A DNA stretch of 64,000 nt, from positions 36,404-100,403 of the forward strand of contig CAKVID010000002.1 in assembly GCA_934754355.1 (NCBI GenBank), in the 5' to 3' direction. Position 1 is the stretch's first letter. Each line of letters begins with the position of its first letter. This document shows, one piece after another, positions 61,695 through 64,000 of this stretch. A program made the position numbers and the translations under genes. This DNA comes from an uncultured Clostridia bacterium (lineage in GTDB: Bacteria > Bacillota > Clostridia > Christensenellales > UBA1242). Below the pieces are notes generated by a model. That model did no database searches and was not told where the DNA came from. It worked only from the letters and a program-made list of their open reading frames with translations.

Positions 61695-64000
61695 TTATTC
61701 TTCGATACTAGAATCAAAGTCTTCTTCAAATAGTTTTCCTGTTTGTTCGTCCATTTGTGCTATTTCTCTAATTTCTTCGTGAGTATCTCTATATTCAAGA
61801 TTTTTGATAGTAGCATAACCAGTACCTGCTGGAATTTGTTTACCTATCATCAAATTCTCTTTTAGAGAAACGAGGTTATCTACTTTACCTTTAACAGATG
61901 CATCTGTTAGAACTCTTGAAGTCTCTTGGAATGAAGCAGCAGCAAGGAATGAAGGATTGCTAAGTGCTGCTTTGGTAATACCTTGAACTAGACGCTTAGC
62001 ACTAGCAGGAACACCACCCTCTTGGATAACTTTCTCGTTCTCTTCTTCAAACTTGAAGTGGTCTACAATATCTCCAATAAGCATATCTGTATCGCCACCA
62101 TCTTCAACCTTAACATTTCTTAACATCTGACGAATAATTATTTCTACGTGTTTGGTATTAAGTTCAACACCTTGAGAAGAATATGTTGCTAGAACTTCAT
62201 TTAATAGATAGTTTTGTACATCATTTACACCACGAGTTCTAAGGAAGTCGTTAGGATAAATTGAACCTTCTGTTAGAACAGAGCCCGCTTCTACAACATC
62301 GCCATTCTTAACTTTAAGTACAACACCATAAGGGATAATATATTTACCATCTCCATCTGGGTTCTTAACAACTATTTCGTAATATTTACCACCGTCTTTA
62401 TTTTGAGAAGCCATCTCTTTAAGTATAACTTTACCAGCAACTTCACTAACGGTTGCAACACCCTTAGGTTTTCTTGCTTCAAAGATTTCGGCAACTCTTG
62501 GAAGACCTTGAGTAATATCGGCTGCATTGGCAACACCACCTGTGTGGAATGTTCTCATTGTCAACTGAGTACCTGGTTCACCAATTGACTGAGCGGCGAT
62601 AATACCTACTGGCTCGCCTAGTGGAACTATTCTATTATTAGACATATTTTGGCCATAACATTTAGCACAAATACCATGTTTTGCTCTACAAGTCAAAGCA
62701 GTTCTAATACATACATGATCTATTCCTGCGTCAACAACTTTATCTGCCATTTCTTTGGTTATCATTGTATCTGCTGGGATAATAATTCTCTTAGTCTTAG
62801 GGTCTACAACATCTTCTACAGAGTATCTACCCATAATTCTTTGTTGCAAAGAACTAACAGGAGTGCCATCTTTAACAATAGCCGAAACCATCATACCTTT
62901 GGCTTTCTCACCATTTTCTTTGAAACAATCTTCTTGCGAAATAATAACTTCTTGAGCAACTGCCTCAAGTCTTCTAGTCAAATAACCAGAGTCAGCAGTC
63001 TTAAGAACTTTATCGGCAAGACCTTTTCTACCACCACGAGACGATAAGAAATATTCAAGTGGAGTAAGTCCAAGACGGAAGTTAGATTTAACTGGAATAT
63101 CAACCTTTCTACCAGAAGTATTAGCCATGATACCACGCATACCACAAAGTTGTAGTACCTGTCCTGCACTACCACGGGCTCCAGACTCAGCCATCATTCT
63201 AACTGGGTTTAGAACATCCATCTTCTTGATAACAATGCCTTCTAGTTTCTTAGTAGCGTCTTTCCACAATTTGATATTTCTATCTAATTTCTCATTCTCT
63301 GTAATAAATCCACGCCTAAAGAATTTCTCATTCTCTGCAACTTGTTTCTCAACTTCTTCGATATATTCTTGTTTCTCTGATGGAATTTCCATATCGAATA
63401 CATTAATTGTAATTGCACCGATAGTAGAATACTTGTAACCAATCTCTTTGATATGGTCAAGCATTTTAACAGTTTCAGTTGTTCCCAATGCATCGAAACA
63501 TTTACGAATGATAGTCTTAAGAGATTTAGCAGTTACCAAGAAATCTATCTCGTACTTACCAATATTCTCTGGATTAGTTCTATCAATAAATCCAATATTT
63601 TGTGGGATATTCTTATTAAATATAATTTTACCAACAGTAGTTTCAACCCTACGAGTAACAGGCTTACCCTCAAAGATTACAGTCTTTCTTACTTGAATAG
63701 GTGCTTGAATTTCTACAATCTTATTCTGATATGCCATCATTGCTTCGTCTTCACTAGTAAAGTACTTACCAGCACCCTTAGCATCTTCTTTGACAATAGT
63801 CAAATAGTAAGAACCAAGGACCATATCTTGTGTAGGTGTACATATTGGACGACTATCTGCAGGCTTTAGAATATTATTTGATGAAAGCATCAAAATTCTT
63901 GCTTCTGCAATTGCTTCTGGGCTAAGAGGTACATGGACAGACATTTGGTCTCCATCGAAGTCGGCGTTGAAGCCACCACACACAAGTGGGTGCAATCTAA
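61695..64000 (-). CDS. rpoC: DNA-directed RNA polymerase subunit beta', C-terminal two-thirds (N-terminus beyond window end)
   Basis: Catalytic NADFDGDQM motif, with trigger loop and bridge helix regions. The frame is open to the window edge. Confidence 0.97.
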   Translation of the reverse strand, partial: RLHPLVCGGFNADFDGDQMSVHVPLSPEAIAEARILMLSSNNILKPADSRPICTPTQDMVLGSYYLTIVKEDAKGAGKYFTSEDEAMMAYQNKIVEIQAPIQVRKTVIFEGKPVTRRVETTVGKIIFNKNIPQNIGFIDRTNPENIGKYEIDFLVTAKSLKTIIRKCFDALGTTETVKMLDHIKEIGYKYSTIGAITINVFDMEIPSEKQEYIEEVEKQVAENEKFFRRGFITENEKLDRNIKLWKDATKKLEGIVIKKMDVLNPVRMMAESGARGSAGQVLQLCGMRGIMANTSGRKVDIPVKSNFRLGLTPLEYFLSSRGGRKGLADKVLKTADSGYLTRRLEAVAQEVIISQEDCFKENGEKAKGMMVSAIVKDGTPVSSLQQRIMGRYSVEDVVDPKTKRIIIPADTMITKEMADKVVDAGIDHVCIRTALTCRAKHGICAKCYGQNMSNNRIVPLGEPVGIIAAQSIGEPGTQLTMRTFHTGGVANAADITQGLPRVAEIFEARKPKGVATVSEVAGKVILKEMASQNKDGGKYYEIVVKNPDGDGKYIIPYGVVLKVKNGDVVEAGSVLTEGSIYPNDFLRTRGVNDVQNYLLNEVLATYSSQGVELNTKHVEIIIRQMLRNVKVEDGGDTDMLIGDIVDHFKFEEENEKVIQEGGVPASAKRLVQGITKAALSNPSFLAAASFQETSRVLTDASVKGKVDNLVSLKENLMIGKQIPAGTGYATIKNLEYRDTHEEIREIAQMDEQTGKLFEEDFDSSIEE

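Noticed and set aside
1-64000. Alternative genetic code (Mollicutes-type TGA=Trp), given AT-richness and small extended proteins
   Set aside because: Trp is encoded by TGG in conserved positions (for example GGDGW in PFOR), and long conserved proteins translate uninterrupted under the standard code.
1-64000. Mobile elements or prophage
   Set aside because: No integrase, transposase, recombinase, phage structural genes or flanking direct repeats were recognised. The accessory blocks have the same composition as the core genes.

Overview
This 64 kb window comes from an AT-rich (about 30% GC) chromosome of a Firmicutes-type bacterium that uses the standard genetic code (Trp is TGG, and long conserved ORFs are uninterrupted). 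It is dominated by the translation and transcription core, almost all on the minus strand. From the window's right edge: the 3' part of rpoC; a roughly 2.7 kb accessory block; the str operon (rpsL-rpsG-fusA-tuf); a 600-aa hyperacidic protein; rpmG-secE-nusG-rplK-rplA; an ABC-F ATPase inserted before rplJ-rplL; and, further down, the contiguous S10-spc-alpha cluster (rpsJ through rplQ, 30.7 to 14.7 kb), including secY, adk, map, a KOW protein, infA and rpmJ. Housekeeping genes fill the gaps: a pyruvate:ferredoxin oxidoreductase, tkt, truA, the gltX N-terminus, ung, addB-addA, rplI, a patatin-like lipase and a TrxB-like flavoprotein. There are also several blocks of hypothetical, membrane or cysteine-rich proteins. 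I found no rRNA, tRNA, CRISPR array, integrase or transposase. The most unusual signals are: (1) the ABC-F inside the rplKAJL cluster, with one ATP site degenerate on both of its contributing motifs; (2) ribosomal protein L24 carrying a C4 zinc-ribbon substitution and an 80-aa Lys/Thr-rich tail; (3) a thioredoxin-reductase-like protein with an intact CAICDG redox centre but no NADPH-binding motifs, suggesting a ferredoxin/flavodoxin-linked enzyme; (4) a 2.5-copy, roughly 137-nt tandem noncoding repeat of terminator-like hairpins between rpoC and rpsL; (5) the hyperacidic protein wedged between tuf and rpmG; (6) a P-loop-less shikimate-kinase-like pseudokinase translationally coupled to tkt; and (7) a 320-nt hairpin-rich spacer inside the normally compact infA-rpmJ-rpsM cluster. 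Many conserved proteins (L24, L17, L22, NusG, SecE, YitT) carry low-complexity terminal extensions.
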